A stretch of DNA of 63,077 nucleotides, filler included, from Reticulomyxa filosa (GCA_000512085.1; 21 parts of 21 records of this genome joined end to end with filler, not necessarily neighbours in it), one strand, 5' to 3'; shown: positions 12,630 to 26,711, counted from the whole stretch's first letter. Notes: a model not told the origin generated them from the sequence alone. Translations and numbers: made by a program.

Positions 12630-13047
12630 CTTTGTTCCATACTTATATGTACATATTTTTTTTTAAATTGATTAATGTTGTCACTCCCCCCNNNNNNNNN
12701 NNNNNNNNNNNNNNNNNNNNNNNNNNNNNNNNNNNTTAATTAATTAANNNNNNNNNNNNNNNNNNNNNNNNNNNNNNNNNNNNNNNNNNNNAGCTCGCTC
12801 TCTCCACTATTTCAAAAAAAAAAAAAAAAAAAAAAGGATAGATTTTGCAAATGGGGACAATATAAACAAATAAATGTATACACAACATTCAAATAATGCA
12901 ATTTGTAAATATGCAATAGTTGCAATATACAAAAATACATACAAAGCTGATACCCTCCATATATGTATATATTGGCATATATGTACATATACACAAAATA
13001 TAAATATATTGTGTGCAAATTGTGGGGCGATATATAAAAACCAACAG

Positions 13048-14459
13048 AGCACTCGATTGCTGTCGATGGAAGGCATACGAGAAATACTGTCCGTGCTGCC
13101 TTCCGGAGTCGCTTCGCTGCATTGCACACTACTCGACGAATATGTGCTGTCTCATTTTGAAACAGCAGGCGCCAAGTTGAACCGTTTGACCGAAAACGGT
13201 TGGCTGTCGTTTTGGGCAATGTTTGCTTTGGAAAATCCGGAACATTGTTTTTCACAACTGACATACCTGGATCTGTCCACGGACACGGATCGATCCACTT
13301 GGTACCATGTCACGTCCAGCAAACGTGAGGACAAGCTAAAGCAACAAATCGACCGAACTGTTGTTCGAATATTGCTCTTTGGAGGTCCTGGCTGTGGCAA
13401 AGTTTTGTTTCATTTTCATTTATTCATTTTATTTATATATGTATATATATATATATTTTTTGTTGTTGTTGTTGTTATTGCTTTTCTTTCGCTTCTTGTT
13501 CATTTCAGCTCACACATGATACTACAAAGTAGACTGTGTTCTGCAATCGATTGCTCTCGCGAATTCCCTCCGGAGAACGGTCATTTGGCCATCGCACCAC
13601 TACACGCTATCGAAGCGTGGCCAATCGTATTGGTGAAATGAATGAGTATTATTTCATTGCCATCACAGAGATTCCTGCAAATGAAAGGATGGTGGAATCC
13701 GCTATTGATAATTATATACCTCATTGTGCGTGTACTTTTAATCAAAAGAATAGGATTATATCACATACATATACACATATATATATGTATGTATATGTAT
13801 ATATTGAGACAAATCAGTGACATCGATTTTTTTTTATAGATGATATGATATTGCTCGCGTTCGACTTATCTCAATCGCGCTCTTTTTATGAAATGGACAA
13901 AATATTTCATAGTATGCCAAGAGATCATGGACTACCAATTCAAGTGGTGGGGATGAAGGCTGATCTGAAACACGTCAACCAATATAACCAAGACGAAAAT
14001 GATAGGAAATATGATGTCCAAAAAGAATTGGCAGAGTGGGGCTTAAGACCGTATGTTGAAATATGGCTCAATCAGCAATCATCAACCAAATTCGCTGCAT
14101 TGTTTGATGATTTGTATTTTATTGCGACCAATCCGTAAGTTTTCTCTTCTTTTCATTGTTTAATATATACATTTATTTATATATATTTTTTTTTATCGAC
14201 AACAAAAATATGTGTGTATTTTTTTTTGCTTTCCTCTCTTCTTGCTAGTTCATATCGTCGAATGAGAGAGGAAATAAAAGAGGAATGGATCGGGTGGAAG
14301 CGATTGATACGACGGACTATCACTTTGACTGTTGGTGTATCGCTAATGGCTTATTCTGTTTACAGAATTTATAAATGGTTTTCGACATCTTCCTCCAACT
14401 CTTCCAATACACAGCGAAATAATAAATACGTGTCAAGAAATAGTGGAGCTTATCAATAG
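13048..14459 (+). CDS. GEM1: Mitochondrial Rho GTPase Miro, C-terminal half (5' truncated)
   Basis: Exons 13048-13400, 13533-13725, 13840-14134 and 14249-14459 splice in frame. EF-associated LTENGWLSFWAMFALENPEHCFSQLTYL, second GTPase P-loop GGPGCGK|T, G4-like VGMKADL, ATNP, and a C-terminal tail anchor (TITLTVGVSLMAYSVY). Confidence 0.85.
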
Positions 14460-14859
14460 TCAACTAAAAGTTGGGAAACTAATGAGGGAGAGGGAAAAAA
14501 ATATACAGAAAGGAGAGTTTTTTTGAATTGTTGGTCGGTTGCACCTAAGACTTATTGTTCCATTTTGTTTGTTGATTGCTTCTATTTCAAATTTTGATGT
14601 CTGCTTGAATCACCAACTTGTTTTTTTCTCCTTCCAAAATTTGAACTCTCTGAATAAAAGTATTACAATCAAAACTAAGATCTGCTTGGTTAGGCCGATT
14701 TGTCATTCTATGCTAGATTTTTTTTGGTTTTGTTGTTTTTCAACACCGATTGTATTGATTGGAGTAAGTGCTTATTTGATTTGTTTATCATTGAAAAATA
14801 ATGAAAGGCGCTGTTGAAAAACTGTTGGAGTGAAAACTATTAAAAATTCTCGCAAAAAC

Positions 14860-15720
14860 GAATTTATATTGATTATTCAGCATTTGATTGTAGTCAATTT
14901 ACTTGTTCTGGATCATATGATAAAACAGTTCGTGTATGGGATTTTGACAACAAACAAATTCAATCATTCAATAGACATTCATGTTATGTAAATTGGTGAA
15001 ATTTTCACAATATCATTATCATAATAATCGTCAAAACGCCATTTGTTCTTCATCAGATGACGAAAACATTCGTTTTTGATGTTTCAAACATAATCAATAA
15101 TTACAAATATTCAATGGGCGCACTATTAATATTTTTAGTATTGAATGTTCATCATTTAATGGCAGTATATTTGTGTTCTGGATCTGGTGACAAAACAATT
15201 TGTACATGTGACGTTGAAACATCCAAATTATTACATGTTTTCAATGGACATAAAAACACCGTTTGGTGTGTTGATATTTCACCATTGCAAAGCAATAAGA
15301 ATAATGACAATAATAAAAGTAATAATATTGGTTTAATTGGTGTAATGTATATACAATTTGTTCTAGGTCATTTGATAAAACCATTCGAATATGGGATATT
15401 GAAACAATATAGCAATTGAATGTATGCAAATGACATAAAGATTGTTTGATAAGTGTAAAATGGATCAAATGAATTATTAAATACAATGTTATCTGGATTA
15501 GTTGATAAAAGTGTTCGTTCGATCTGGTCAAAAATTCAAGTGTTCGATAGACATACAAATTATGTGTATGCTGTTGAATATTCACCATTTGTGATAAAGA
15601 ATAGTATTGGTAATTCAAATATGATATGTTCTGTGTCAAGTGATAAAACAATCTGTTTTTGGATATTCGATCAAATAAGAATGAGCTGCATGTAATGAAA
15701 GTAGACTTTGTTATTATTCG
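14860..15720 (+). pseudogene. WD40-repeat pseudogene of a lineage-expanded family
   Basis: CSGSYDKTVRVWD, LCSGSGDKTIC, FNGHKNTVWCVDISPLQSN and VYAVEYSPFVIKNSIGNSNMICS lie in different frames with stops. Paralogous to 22324-22972. Confidence 0.85.
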
Positions 15721-16206
15721 ATGAATAGCTCAATTTATATTTGGGTATGAACATATAATGAAATTTTTTGATTTATCACTTTTTTTAAGTATTTTCAAAA
15801 AATGTTCCACCATAAATACTTCACACCAATTTTTTTGTTCGTTTCCATTGCGAAATCTTGTTATTTTAAAAATTAGTTGAAAAAATACATTAAAAATAAA
15901 AATCGTGTATTTTAGGGGTCTTTTTTTTTGCGGTCGATTGTATCTTTTGCTCAAGCGATACTGGTATAATAAACGATTTAAATGTTGCTTAAAAAAAAAA
16001 TCAAGCAAAAATTTCAAAAGATTTTTTTTTTCAAAATAAACATTTTAGAGAACATGAATGCATTAATCTTGATTAAAGAGTAAAACGAGAATTTAATACT
16101 TGCACAATAACAAGAATGCTCAACATAAAAAAATACATTGGATATGGCTAAGGGCATTGTAAAACAAGAAAATTTAGTTCGTATTTGTTTATTTTGTAAA
16201 CTTGCT

Positions 16207-17099
16207 TTATTTAGCATTTCTTTTTTTGGGAATGCAAATCAGAATTGGTCTGTGATTTAGCCGATATGCTTCATTAACAGATGAAGCATTAACAAATAAG
16301 GTCTGACAGTCCTTTTGTTTGGTGGCGCCATAACCATCGTGGATATGCCCAAAGATATGAAGAAGAGGCTGATATTGGAGAACGTGTTGAAGTAGATCCG
16401 TGCACCCAACATGACACTTTCCATCACCCATCATGGCGTACCGTAGAGGGATTTTATCCCCATGTCCCAAAGGTGGCCCATGTGTCAGCAATATATCTGT
16501 TTCCTTTGGGATTAGCTTCCATTTCTCTTGGAGAGGCTTACCCCGATGTAAGTTGAATGCCCAATTGCAGAAAAAGGGTTGCCAAGGGGTTCCATAAATT
16601 TTGTATCCACATAACTCAATCTGAATGGGCGTTAACAAAACAAAATAAAAAATAACCAAAAAACTGGTTAACATGAATATACGTATAAAAAAATAAAAGA
16701 TTTAACCATGGAATCTTCCAAGTAAATCCAATGTTTGGACTTGGAAACAATGTCTTTGATTTCTTGAGGGTTGATACTCTTGTCATTGGAATTTTGTTTG
16801 AAATAGTCAATTTCGAAAGTTTTCTCGTGGTTGCCAGCGATGCAAACCAAATGCTTGAATTTGCGTGCGTCGACATTGTCAATGACCTTTCTCGGGAGAG
16901 TGGGCATGGTGTTGGCATCTTGATGACTTGGGACAGACAAAAGAAGCTGTCCCCACTCCTCAAACGATCGCACCGCTTTTCGAGATCCAGTCATCGTAAA
17001 GTCGCCCGCATGCAATACAATATCTGCCGAGGGCAAGTTATCTACGTTGAATTGGATATGTCTTTCATGAGTATCACTAAAGCACAATATTTTCACCAT
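16207..17099 (-). CDS. Metallophosphoesterase, MPPED1/MPPED2 (239FB)-like
   Basis: Two in-frame exons (17099-16707, 16620-16207) carry all calcineurin-like motifs: SDTH, HAGDFT, IAGNHE, YGTPWQP..WAF, THGPP.GHGD, VGC.DL, FGHIH.GYG, VNAS. Complete gene. Confidence 0.92.
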
Positions 17100-17235
17100 T
17101 TCTTCATTGTTATTATTCTTGTTGTTGTTGTTGTTNNNNNNNNNNNNNNNNNNNNNNNNNNNNNNNNNNNNNNNNNNNNTTAATTAATTAANNNNNNNNN
17201 NNNNNNNNNNNNNNNNNNNNNNNNNNNNNNNNNNN

Positions 17236-17273
<38 letters not shown>

Positions 17274-17278
17274 GTATA

Positions 17279-17877
17279 CCACGGTATCTTCATCCACAAG
17301 CGAAGTCTTTTCAAAAGTGTCACGATAATTAATCAAGAGTCGCAGACATTTTGTAAAAGCGCGAACAAATTCATAAAACATTTCACAGATAAACCGTCGA
17401 ATCATTGTGTGCACCCTCACGATATATCGCATTCTCTCGGCAAACTCTTCCGAGCACATTTTGGACAGCACCTCAAAATTGTATTCCAACAAGTGCATAT
17501 ATTTGTACTTGGCATTTGCAGGATCAAAGTGCAAACTGGCATTGGAGATACCTCCGTTAGTGTAGCTGTTCCAATTGCCAAGCTGCGGTTTCCAGCGCAT
17601 ACGTGTCCGGTCACTGTTTCGGCCATGACTTGCCAACAAGTCTGCTGATAGCCCCCCCTCCATGACCGGACCAAATGGTATTTCCACCGCCAATCGCTCG
17701 AATGCCAGCAAGTATTCGTATAAGTTGCCTTCTGTCAGACAGTATTGATACATGGCATTAATGAAGGGAAAGTCAAACAACGATATATCTTTATGGACAT
17801 GAGATTCGTCACTATCGGTAGAATATTGAGATTCTGCATTGTTGTTGTATTTTCACCATGGGTGCAAGGAACACATA

Positions 17878-17916
<39 letters not shown>

Positions 17917-18603
17917 TTACCTTGATCTTTTTCGTCGTTGAAACTCGACTCAAGTTGCAATTTGGATATATCTTTGTTATGACTTTTTGGTTTCAGGTCG
18001 GGCGACGAAGCTGCATAATCATTAAAAAAAAAAAAAAAAAATACAAGTTGAATTGCAAAACAAAATTAAACCAAAAAAAAAAAGGCTAACTTGACGGCTC
18101 TCGGAGCATCGCTTTGACGGCAGGAACGACTCCGTTGACAACAAGTTGGACAATAGGATACATGACTTGGACAACAGTGCCCTTGAACTCGTCAATGGTC
18201 TTGTGACTGAGTTCGAGTTGGGCCACGACGTGTCGCCACACGTCGGCGACGCGCGTGGGGATCTTGTAGGACAAGGACTGCTCGCTGGTGGCCTCGGAGG
18301 CATTGCGGATAATGCGAGGTCCAGTAAATTGCGTCGTCAACTGATTCGTCGCCGATAAGGAAGTACGCTTTCGATGTAACACGACCCCTCCCTTTGGTAA
18401 TAGTCTTGTGGCTTGGTTGATGTTGTTTTGAGACCGCTTGAATTGTTCATTGCCATAACCCTGGGTTCCTCTTTCTGCTTCTGCTTCTGCTTCTTCTTCT
18501 TCTTCTTCTTCTTCTTCTTCCTCGTCGTCATTGTCGAGCACTGTTGTCCCGATCAACTCTGCAGGTGAGAATGTGGACGCGATAATAGAGGACACGCGGA
18601 TAT
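17279..18603 (-). CDS. Multi-exon hypothetical protein (internal fragment, poly-Glu tract)
   Basis: Three GC-richer exons (about 18603-18094, 18012-17921 and 17833-17279) bounded by GT/AG introns. No recognised domain. Confidence 0.55.
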
Positions 18604-18859
18604 GCTGTGAGGGAGAATATGTATGACCAAAGGAAGGGTTTATATGTCCAAAGGCCGTTGTCGGAATTTGTTTGGAAATGCAAACAAGCGGAAAGGCAAA
18701 GAGATCAAAAAGGGCAAAAAAAAAAAAAAGGGAGGAAAAAAAAAAAAAAAAAAAAAAAANNNNNNNNNNNNNNNNNNNNNNNNNNNNNNNNNNNNNNNNN
18801 NNNTTAATTAATTAANNNNNNNNNNNNNNNNNNNNNNNNNNNNNNNNNNNNNNNNNNNN

Positions 18860-19336
18860 TGCAGCGTCATCACTAACAGCGGGGTTTGCGGAGACTGCAT
18901 CCGACGTGCGACCTCCCTTGCACCTGGACATGGACATAAAAAAAGACGAAATCGACATGGTGTCAATGACGAGAGCCAGTTCGAGCCAAGACGTGAGCGT
19001 GATCTTGAACAGTGTCGAGACGGATGACAAGATGGCAAGTGAACAAGTACTCGGACAAATCTGCAAAAAGAAACGCAAACTGGGCGAAATTGAGGACATT
19101 GTTTTTTGTGGCGATGCACAACATTGTAATGACTACCATTCTCATCATAATCATTCATGTGCACCAATGATGACGACGACGACGATGACGACGATGCCTC
19201 CAAAGAAATTTCGAAAAGAAATATCCTGTTCCAATATCATCCCTTCCATGCCTTCTTCCGAGCCACTTCCTGCTGATCATTACATATTACTTCAACCTTC
19301 ATTGTCGCCCCAAAGCGATTCAACTCTATCCAAAGG
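18860..19336 (+). CDS. Hypothetical protein exon (low complexity, NLS-like KKKRK and PPKKFRK)
   Basis: Open frame from the contig edge to a GT donor near 19336. Coding-like composition. Confidence 0.45.
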
Positions 19337-22323
19337 TTAAATTATATATGTACATATAATCCATTTTAGGAATTGTGGATACATACAATGAAATAGAAAA
19401 AACGAAAAGGAGAGAGAGTACTTTTTTTTGTTGCTGCTGTTGTTTGTTGAGTGATGGAAATTGCCAACATTCGCTTGACACATACACATACACATACACA
19501 CATTGCCCCCTCTTTATTCATGAAAAATAAAAGAAACATGGCCAAATGCACACCAACTGGCTCCGAGACTTTGGAGAAAAGAACATGAGTCAAACGACGC
19601 TTTAGCAACTCCTCTTTCTCCAACTCGCAAAGGCGAAGTCATGCCAATCCATTCCAGTCCCAATGCCAATACACACACGCATTCAGGTCTCACCGTTCCT
19701 ACCTTTGTATCCGTACCCACATGCACAACCGCACATACACGCACATGCGCAAACGCATTCGTACATACGTTATCCAATACTTGAACAAATCAATGGTATA
19801 ACATATATGACATATATGCTTATTTTTTTTTTTTTTTTTTAACTTTTGATTAATTTGTAATATATTTGTCGTATTTTATTGTATACAAATATATATTTGA
19901 TCACGTTATTTTTTGGCACTAGCGTTTGAAAAAGCGAAGACAGAGTTACAATCAGTTACAGACGTCGAACAAATCAATGGCAAAACAAAGTCGCCCAGTG
20001 AAATGGAATTATTCGAAGTACTTGCCTCATTAACCAATTTCAAAAAGCAAAATTGTTTTGGCTGTCAGAAAAATGTCGGAAAAAGCCTTGTTATTTGCAC
20101 CAAAGTTTAAAATATATACNNNNNNNNNNNNNNNNNNNNNNNNNNNNNNNNNNNNNNNNNNNNTTAATTAATTAANNNNNNNNNNNNNNNNNNNNNNNNN
20201 NNNNNNNNNNNNNNNNNNNCAATGAAACATAGTTGTGCAACGCGCAAACAACAATAAATTAAATTTTTTATTTTTTGGATTATTAAAGACAATAAAATTA
20301 TTGTCATTAGAGAAAGAATAAAAAGTTTTTTAAAATTTACATTTTAGAAAAATCAAAAATAAATCTTAAATAATTTACTCTAAAAAATCTCAATCGAAAT
20401 AATGGTCAAACTTTCATATCTTTCACGCAACAAAAGAAATAGATTTTTGTCTATCTTTCTTAATTTGCTCAAAGTGGCTTGAAAAGATGTTATTACTGTC
20501 ATTAATAATAAACTTATCATTTTTCATATAAAGGCTTCGAGAGTGTCATAACAAATTTTAGTAACGAAAAAGAAAAGGAAAACAAGGGTAATGCAAAACT
20601 GAAAACTTTCATTGCTTTTTATTTATGCCTTTAATTTTTGGTTTTGACAAAAGCCGTTGAAAAGCACAGCAAAACCAAATGAAAAAAGCAACTTATTTGA
20701 GAAGAATGACTCACCATATGATGAATCAAGATAATTAATAAATTACGAGATAGTGCTTTGAAATCAAGCCCTTCCTTTTTTAGTTATTTGTAGCTTGGCA
20801 GGATTGGGATGGGATTTAAAAAATTGGGAAGGGAAATTAAAAAAAAAGGGTTAAAAAAAAAAAAGTAAATGGGTATATAAAAAAAAAGGGAGGGGGGATA
20901 TGCAGTGAAAAAAAAGTTTAGACTACGTTCCAGCATATGGTATGTATACGTATTTTATTTATTTATAATATGTGTTAAAACATGTGTCTTTTTGTTAAAA
21001 TGAAATAAAAAAAAAAGGATCGACAGTGACAAAGTTTAGAGTCGTCGCAATCAATGTAATGGAAGCTTTGGAACGTGAACATTACGGTACAGCGTCGATA
21101 TGTCAAAGTCATTGCAATTTCTTTCATTGGGTAGAGTATGCGTTTCAGTGATGTGAAAGAGTGTTGTTTGTGTGATGTTGAAGGGATTTGTAAGACATCA
21201 ACAAAAAATTTTCCCTTCATGAACGTAAATTCAATTTAAAAAATAGTGTAGTTCAACTAGATTGTTTGCTATTTATTTGAAATTACCGCAGACCTAAAAA
21301 GGTTCCCACTGCCGTTGTTTGGTTTATTTCAACATTAAATAATGATAATAATTTTTAAATTGGAAAATAAACATATTTTAGTAAATCAAAATTTTGAAAA
21401 AAATGCAATAACTCACTCACAACAATAATTTCCATTGACAATAGTCTTATCGCTGATTTATTAACTATTTAGGAAATATGTAAAAATAAAAACAATTAAA
21501 CTTTACATAGCAATTTGGATAAAGGAAAAATAGATGAAACATTAAATAAAAATAAAAATAATGAAATTTGTACAACAAAGCAAGCATTTATTACATTATT
21601 ACATTTTATTGTACATTTTCCATAACTCTTGCAAAAAGTTTTCAAATTGATGTAGAATTCCATAACATTAATAAGACAATCGGTTTTTGATTTAAGGAAT
21701 TCTCAGTCTTTTTTAAATCAAGTAGTTTGCATACTTATGCAATTGGTCATGACATATAGGTTGTATTGATTAAATCGACTTATCTAATGTGGAATATTTT
21801 GATGTTTTTTTTTGTTTTTTTACTTGTGTGAATAGAATTCATTTTTAAGTATTCTTGTTAAATACAGTTACTCTAAGCAAAATAAATTTGTGCCAGAATT
21901 AACTAATTCTTGTTTTTCTTGAGATTATCTTAAATGATATAAGAAAAATTGCTGACAATACATACTGTTGTCCTTTTCACTTTATACTATTTTGAGTGTT
22001 CAATGCTATACAAAAAACAATTGCAAATAAACATAAAAAAAAAAGCGATCTAAAAAAATAGTATTGAATTGAAATGAAAAGCCACAATACTTAAAATTGT
22101 ATTCAAATAGCAAATAAATTGCAAAATATTTTCATTTATTATGCTTTTGAGTTCTTGAAACATTGAATGCAGTTTTTTCAATTTTTTAAATAAAGTAAGA
22201 TAGAACAAATCCTTTAATGCTTACATTCAATCAAATCAAACAAATTTAATATAATCTTATTTTTCTTTTAATCAAATCTTTCAAAGAAAAAATACTTTCA
22301 TTTCTTACTAGACAAAAAGTAAA

Positions 22324-22972
22324 TTATCCCCAAATACGAATGGGACCTTTGTATGAACCATAACACAAATTCAAATCATATGTAACATTCTTTGTCTTGT
22401 CTTTCTTTTTCAATCCAATAAATTTAAGACAAAGTATTCCACCATCTATTTTTGCATTACCTTTGATCACATACAATTCATTCTTATTTGATCGAATATC
22501 CCAAAAACGAATTGTATTATCATCTGATCCAGAACATATCACATTCGAATTACCACTACTATTCTTTATTAATTGTGAATATTCAACAGACCACACAATA
22601 CTTTATGTCCATCAACACTTGAATTTGTTGACCAGATCGAATATCCCACAAACGAACACTTTTATCTTCTGATCCAGATAATATTGTATTTAATAATTCA
22701 TTTGATCCATATTTTACACTCATCACAAAATTTTTATGTCCTTTGAATACACTCAATTGTTTGGTTGTTTCAATATCCCATATTCGAATGGTATTATCCC
22801 ATGATCCAGAACAAATTGTATATCTATTTCCGCCAATATTATTCATTTTTTATTATTATTATTAACTTGTAATACCGAAATAGCAACACACCAAACAGCA
22901 TTTTCATGTCCATTGAAAATATGTAATGATTTTGATGTTTCAATATCCCATAAACGAATTGTATTATCTAAT
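22324..22972 (-). pseudogene. WD40-repeat gene 3' part, frameshifted (lineage-expanded family)
   Basis: IRLWDIETSKSLHIFNGH, ICSGSWDNTIRIWDIETTKQLSVFKGH, ILSGSEDKSVRLWDIRSG, ICSGSDDNTIRFWDIRSN and LCYGSYKGPIRIWG*, with at least two frameshifts (~22850, ~22610). Confidence 0.85.
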
Positions 22973-23424
22973 NNNNNNNNNNNNNNNNNNNNNNNNNNNN
23001 NNNNNNNNNNNNNNNNTTAATTAATTAANNNNNNNNNNNNNNNNNNNNNNNNNNNNNNNNNNNNNNNNNNNNACTACATTGTTGTGTTTATATAAAGAAA
23101 AAAGGTAGAAAACGCAGATTAAAAAATATATTTAAAAGTAAGCAAGACCAAAGATTATTTGAATATGAATCGAATGTATATATTATTGATGATGAGCTGA
23201 TCCCATTGGAAAAAAGATTGGCGTTAGTGCACCGGTATGCACTTAGAAAAAAAAAATGATAGTTAAGTCAGTCAATGGAGTTTACTTTGATTTATATATA
23301 TGTATACAATTACATTATGTAAAAAATAAAAAATATATAGATTATTAAAAGGAACAGTCGTCATTGGAGTGGACATTCAAAACATATTATAAAGAAATTA
23401 TCGGATCAAATTAATAGCAAAGAA

Positions 23425-23781
23425 TTGGAAATACATAAGCAAAGCAATATTATTAAACAATTAGAGGAAAAAATGTCAAAAGTATCTGTAGAGTTAATTG
23501 AAGTAAAAAAAGTTTTCGGAATCGAAAATAATGCATGCATTTTGGAGGCAATATGCCATTACAATTGGGAATATTTGATTGAAAATGCTGTTATTCCTTT
23601 TGAATGTAGTAAACAATCTAGTTGTGATCATATTCAATCTTTGGAATATTTTGAAGAAAGCAAATCGTGCGGTGATTGTAATGCGGAAAGTGAAAATTAT
23701 ATTGTATTAAATTGTACTGAACGTTTATTAGCTGGTGCGATTAAGAAATACCATGAGAAAAATAAGAAAGAAGAAGTATGA
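23425..23781 (+). CDS. Hypothetical protein, terminal exon (coiled coil plus Cys/His cluster)
   Basis: Open frame ending in TGA. Pattern C..CDH....C.DC.......C could bind zinc. No family recognised. Confidence 0.4.
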   Translation: MEIHKQSNIIKQLEEKMSKVSVELIEVKKVFGIENNACILEAICHYNWEYLIENAVIPFECSKQSSCDHIQSLEYFEESKSCGDCNAESENYIVLNCTERLLAGAIKKYHEKNKKEEV

Positions 23782-25324
23782 GTTTTTCAAACATTAAAAA
23801 TAAAATATTTTCTTTTTTTAATAAATAAAAAAAAATGATTTGTATTTTTGTTTTTAATATATTTTAATATCTAGTTTTCAATCTAAGTAGTACATCCAAA
23901 AAAAATTCTTTTAAAATTTTTAATGTGATTTTTTTTTATTATTGTTTATTGGGATAAAACTTGACTGTTGGAAGTTGCTAGAATGCTGTAATATAAAAAT
24001 ACAAATTTTTGAAATCACAAATATGTAATGACTTTTAAAAACATATATATTATTGTTGTTTTTTCATTTTTTTTTGTTAATTANNNNNNNNNNNNNNNNN
24101 NNNNNNNNNNNNNNNNNNNNNNNNNNNTTAATTAATTAANNNNNNNNNNNNNNNNNNNNNNNNNNNNNNNNNNNNNNNNNNNNTCTGTTCTTCAATAGGT
24201 GTCCTAATATCATAACACAGTTGAATCGCTGTTATTCAGGAAAAGCGTTAACACATAGTTTTGTAACTGGTTGTCAGTGACAAAGTTAAAAAGCTCATTT
24301 ATTTCGTTCAAGTTTCCAATGCAATAATCACAAATCCTTGAAAATATCTCTTTTTCTATCTTCGGAAAAGATAGTGCAAGCTGTGAGAGCATTTTTTTAA
24401 AAAAAATTAGAATGATATATGTTCGTAGGTACCTTTTTTTTTTGGAGTATGGGCGTTCAACTTATTTTAACAAAAATAAACCAATCAAAAAAGGTTAATA
24501 CTTCTTTAAAAAAATAAAAATTGGATGGATTGTAATAATTCTAAATTATTTTTTCACAAGGACAAGCGAAGCGTAAAAAACGATGTAAGTAATAATGATT
24601 TTTAATTTGGTCTTTTCCACTACGCGTTGCATATTTTGGGATGTGTAATTATTTTATTTTTTTTGGTGTATTTTCCTCTCTCCTTCCGGAATTATCTGCC
24701 TTGATTATGGTATCATTCGTTATTAATGTGCATTCATGTTTACAAGTAGTGTTTCGTTTTTCGTGGAACTTAAAAAAGATCACTGTATACCACAAAAAAA
24801 AAAGAACGTCTACGTAAAGGAGTGCGTTGTTCTGTGGGCACTACTGTCAACTCGAAACCAATTAAAAAGACAGACCGCTTTGGACGAGGTTAATTCAAAA
24901 AAAGGAAAGGGCACCTGTATAATTAGTGAACCTTTTTTTTGGACGACATATACGAATGTATTGTACGTCCTTGAAGTAAAAAAAAAGAAAAAAATAATAA
25001 TGATAATTACAGCAACCGAAGAATGGACTATTTAGAGAATATACAACACAGATGCAATTGACGTAAGAGGTTCTGTTTCATCTGTAGAGGAAATGTATGC
25101 GTACGCATATGAAGATGAACAAGTGATATCCTGTACACAAAAACAATGACAGACTTGTGGAAAGAATGCAACATGGTGAGGATCAAGGAAAGCATCCAAC
25201 AGAGCTGAGAGCNNNNNNNNNNNNNNNNNNNNNNNNNNNNNNNNNNNNNNNNNNNNTTAATTAATTAANNNNNNNNNNNNNNNNNNNNNNNNNNNNNNNN
25301 NNNNNNNNNNNNAATTAAAGACTT

Positions 25325-26165
25325 GTGCTTTCGAAGGCATTTTGCGAATGCAATCGTCCATGTGTATTTTTGCTTTGTGATATTATACATCAGCGTTTGC
25401 TATTGCAAGACGGGCTGAACACGACGGAAATCAGCAATGTCACGTATAACACCATCGATACATTCAACTCCAATGAACAGGCTTGGGTCACCTCCATTTG
25501 CGGGTCTGATTTTATATTTGCCTTTGCCTTTTCCTTTGACCTCGTCAGTATCGGAGACGAGATTGCTATGTTTGGTCTGCTGGGCCAGAGACTCGACTTC
25601 AACAAAACCATGAATGCCATTGCAAACTCTTTCGAGTGCTATCCTCATTGCGCGAACAATGACACGTGCGCTGCAAACAATCAATGCAGTTGTGTGTATG
25701 TGTGCGAGTTTACAGGGAATTGATGCGACAATAATAGATCCTTGTCTCCATTTTTAATAAATAATAAAAAAATAAATGATAATGATCATTTAATACGTAT
25801 ACACTAATAATAATAAAAAAAAAACAGTTCAACCAAGTATCTCATGTACTCGTTATCCTACAGAGAGTCCGACAGTTACAGAAGCGTTGTTGCTTAATTC
25901 CTCAGGCACAATTGGTGAGATTGCTGCAGATGATGTTGTTGCAATTGGAGTGATTGGAATAATAGTTTTTATTTTGTTTTTCAAAAATTCTGCACGTGCT
26001 GTGGCCAGTACAACACAGCAGCGAACACTGGAACAGATAGAGTCCATCCTAGAGAAACCAAAGACAGCCACTTTGGGGCCAGAACCCATGCAAGCAACGA
26101 CTGTTCCAACAGATGTTGCTGGTGTTACCATTGACACCGAAGGACTGGCCGATACAACTCCATAA
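25325..26165 (+). pseudogene. Degenerate EGF-like plus single-TM cell-surface protein
   Basis: CYPHCANNDTCAANNQCSC..FTGN*C (EGF-like, in-frame TGA), then S/T-rich stalk, TM VVAIGVIGIIVFILFF and a short cytoplasmic tail. Confidence 0.5.
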
Positions 26166-26711
26166 AAATCTAATCGTGCCATTCTTTCCATAATTATGTT
26201 GCGAGATTTTTTCTTTTTCAGTCGTTCTTTATTTTTTGTGTCTTCTTTGTTTGTGGTCTATTTTGAGCTATAATTTTTTTGTGTGTATTGTCGCTTCTCA
26301 AGCGATTTACGCGTATTTGTTGTAAATTTTTAATATGAGTTTATAAATTCATTCTCCTTTTTATTCAGGAAAACCACATTAACAATTTTTCTTTTCTTTT
26401 TTTGTGAAACCAATAAAAAAGTAACAACAAAACATCTTCAACGATTGGAAGATATATCATTTATTATTATTTATTTGAATTGGTATCTTATGGTAGAAGT
26501 TTTTTTCTTTGTAAGTTAAAACTACATTAATTTTCGAAATGAATAAGTTTCTATTATAAAAAAATGCTTTTATCAAAAAATTTGTTTATGTGAACAAGTT
26601 TATAAAAATTNNNNNNNNNNNNNNNNNNNNNNNNNNNNNNNNNNNNNNNNNNNNTTAATTAATTAANNNNNNNNNNNNNNNNNNNNNNNNNNNNNNNNNN
26701 NNNNNNNNNNA

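Noticed and set aside
25700-25730. In-frame TGA/TAG in several coding-like regions suggesting stop-codon reassignment or selenocysteine
   Set aside because: Intact genes here end in TAA, TAG and TGA, long exons lack internal stops, and the stops occur only in regions that also carry frameshifts.
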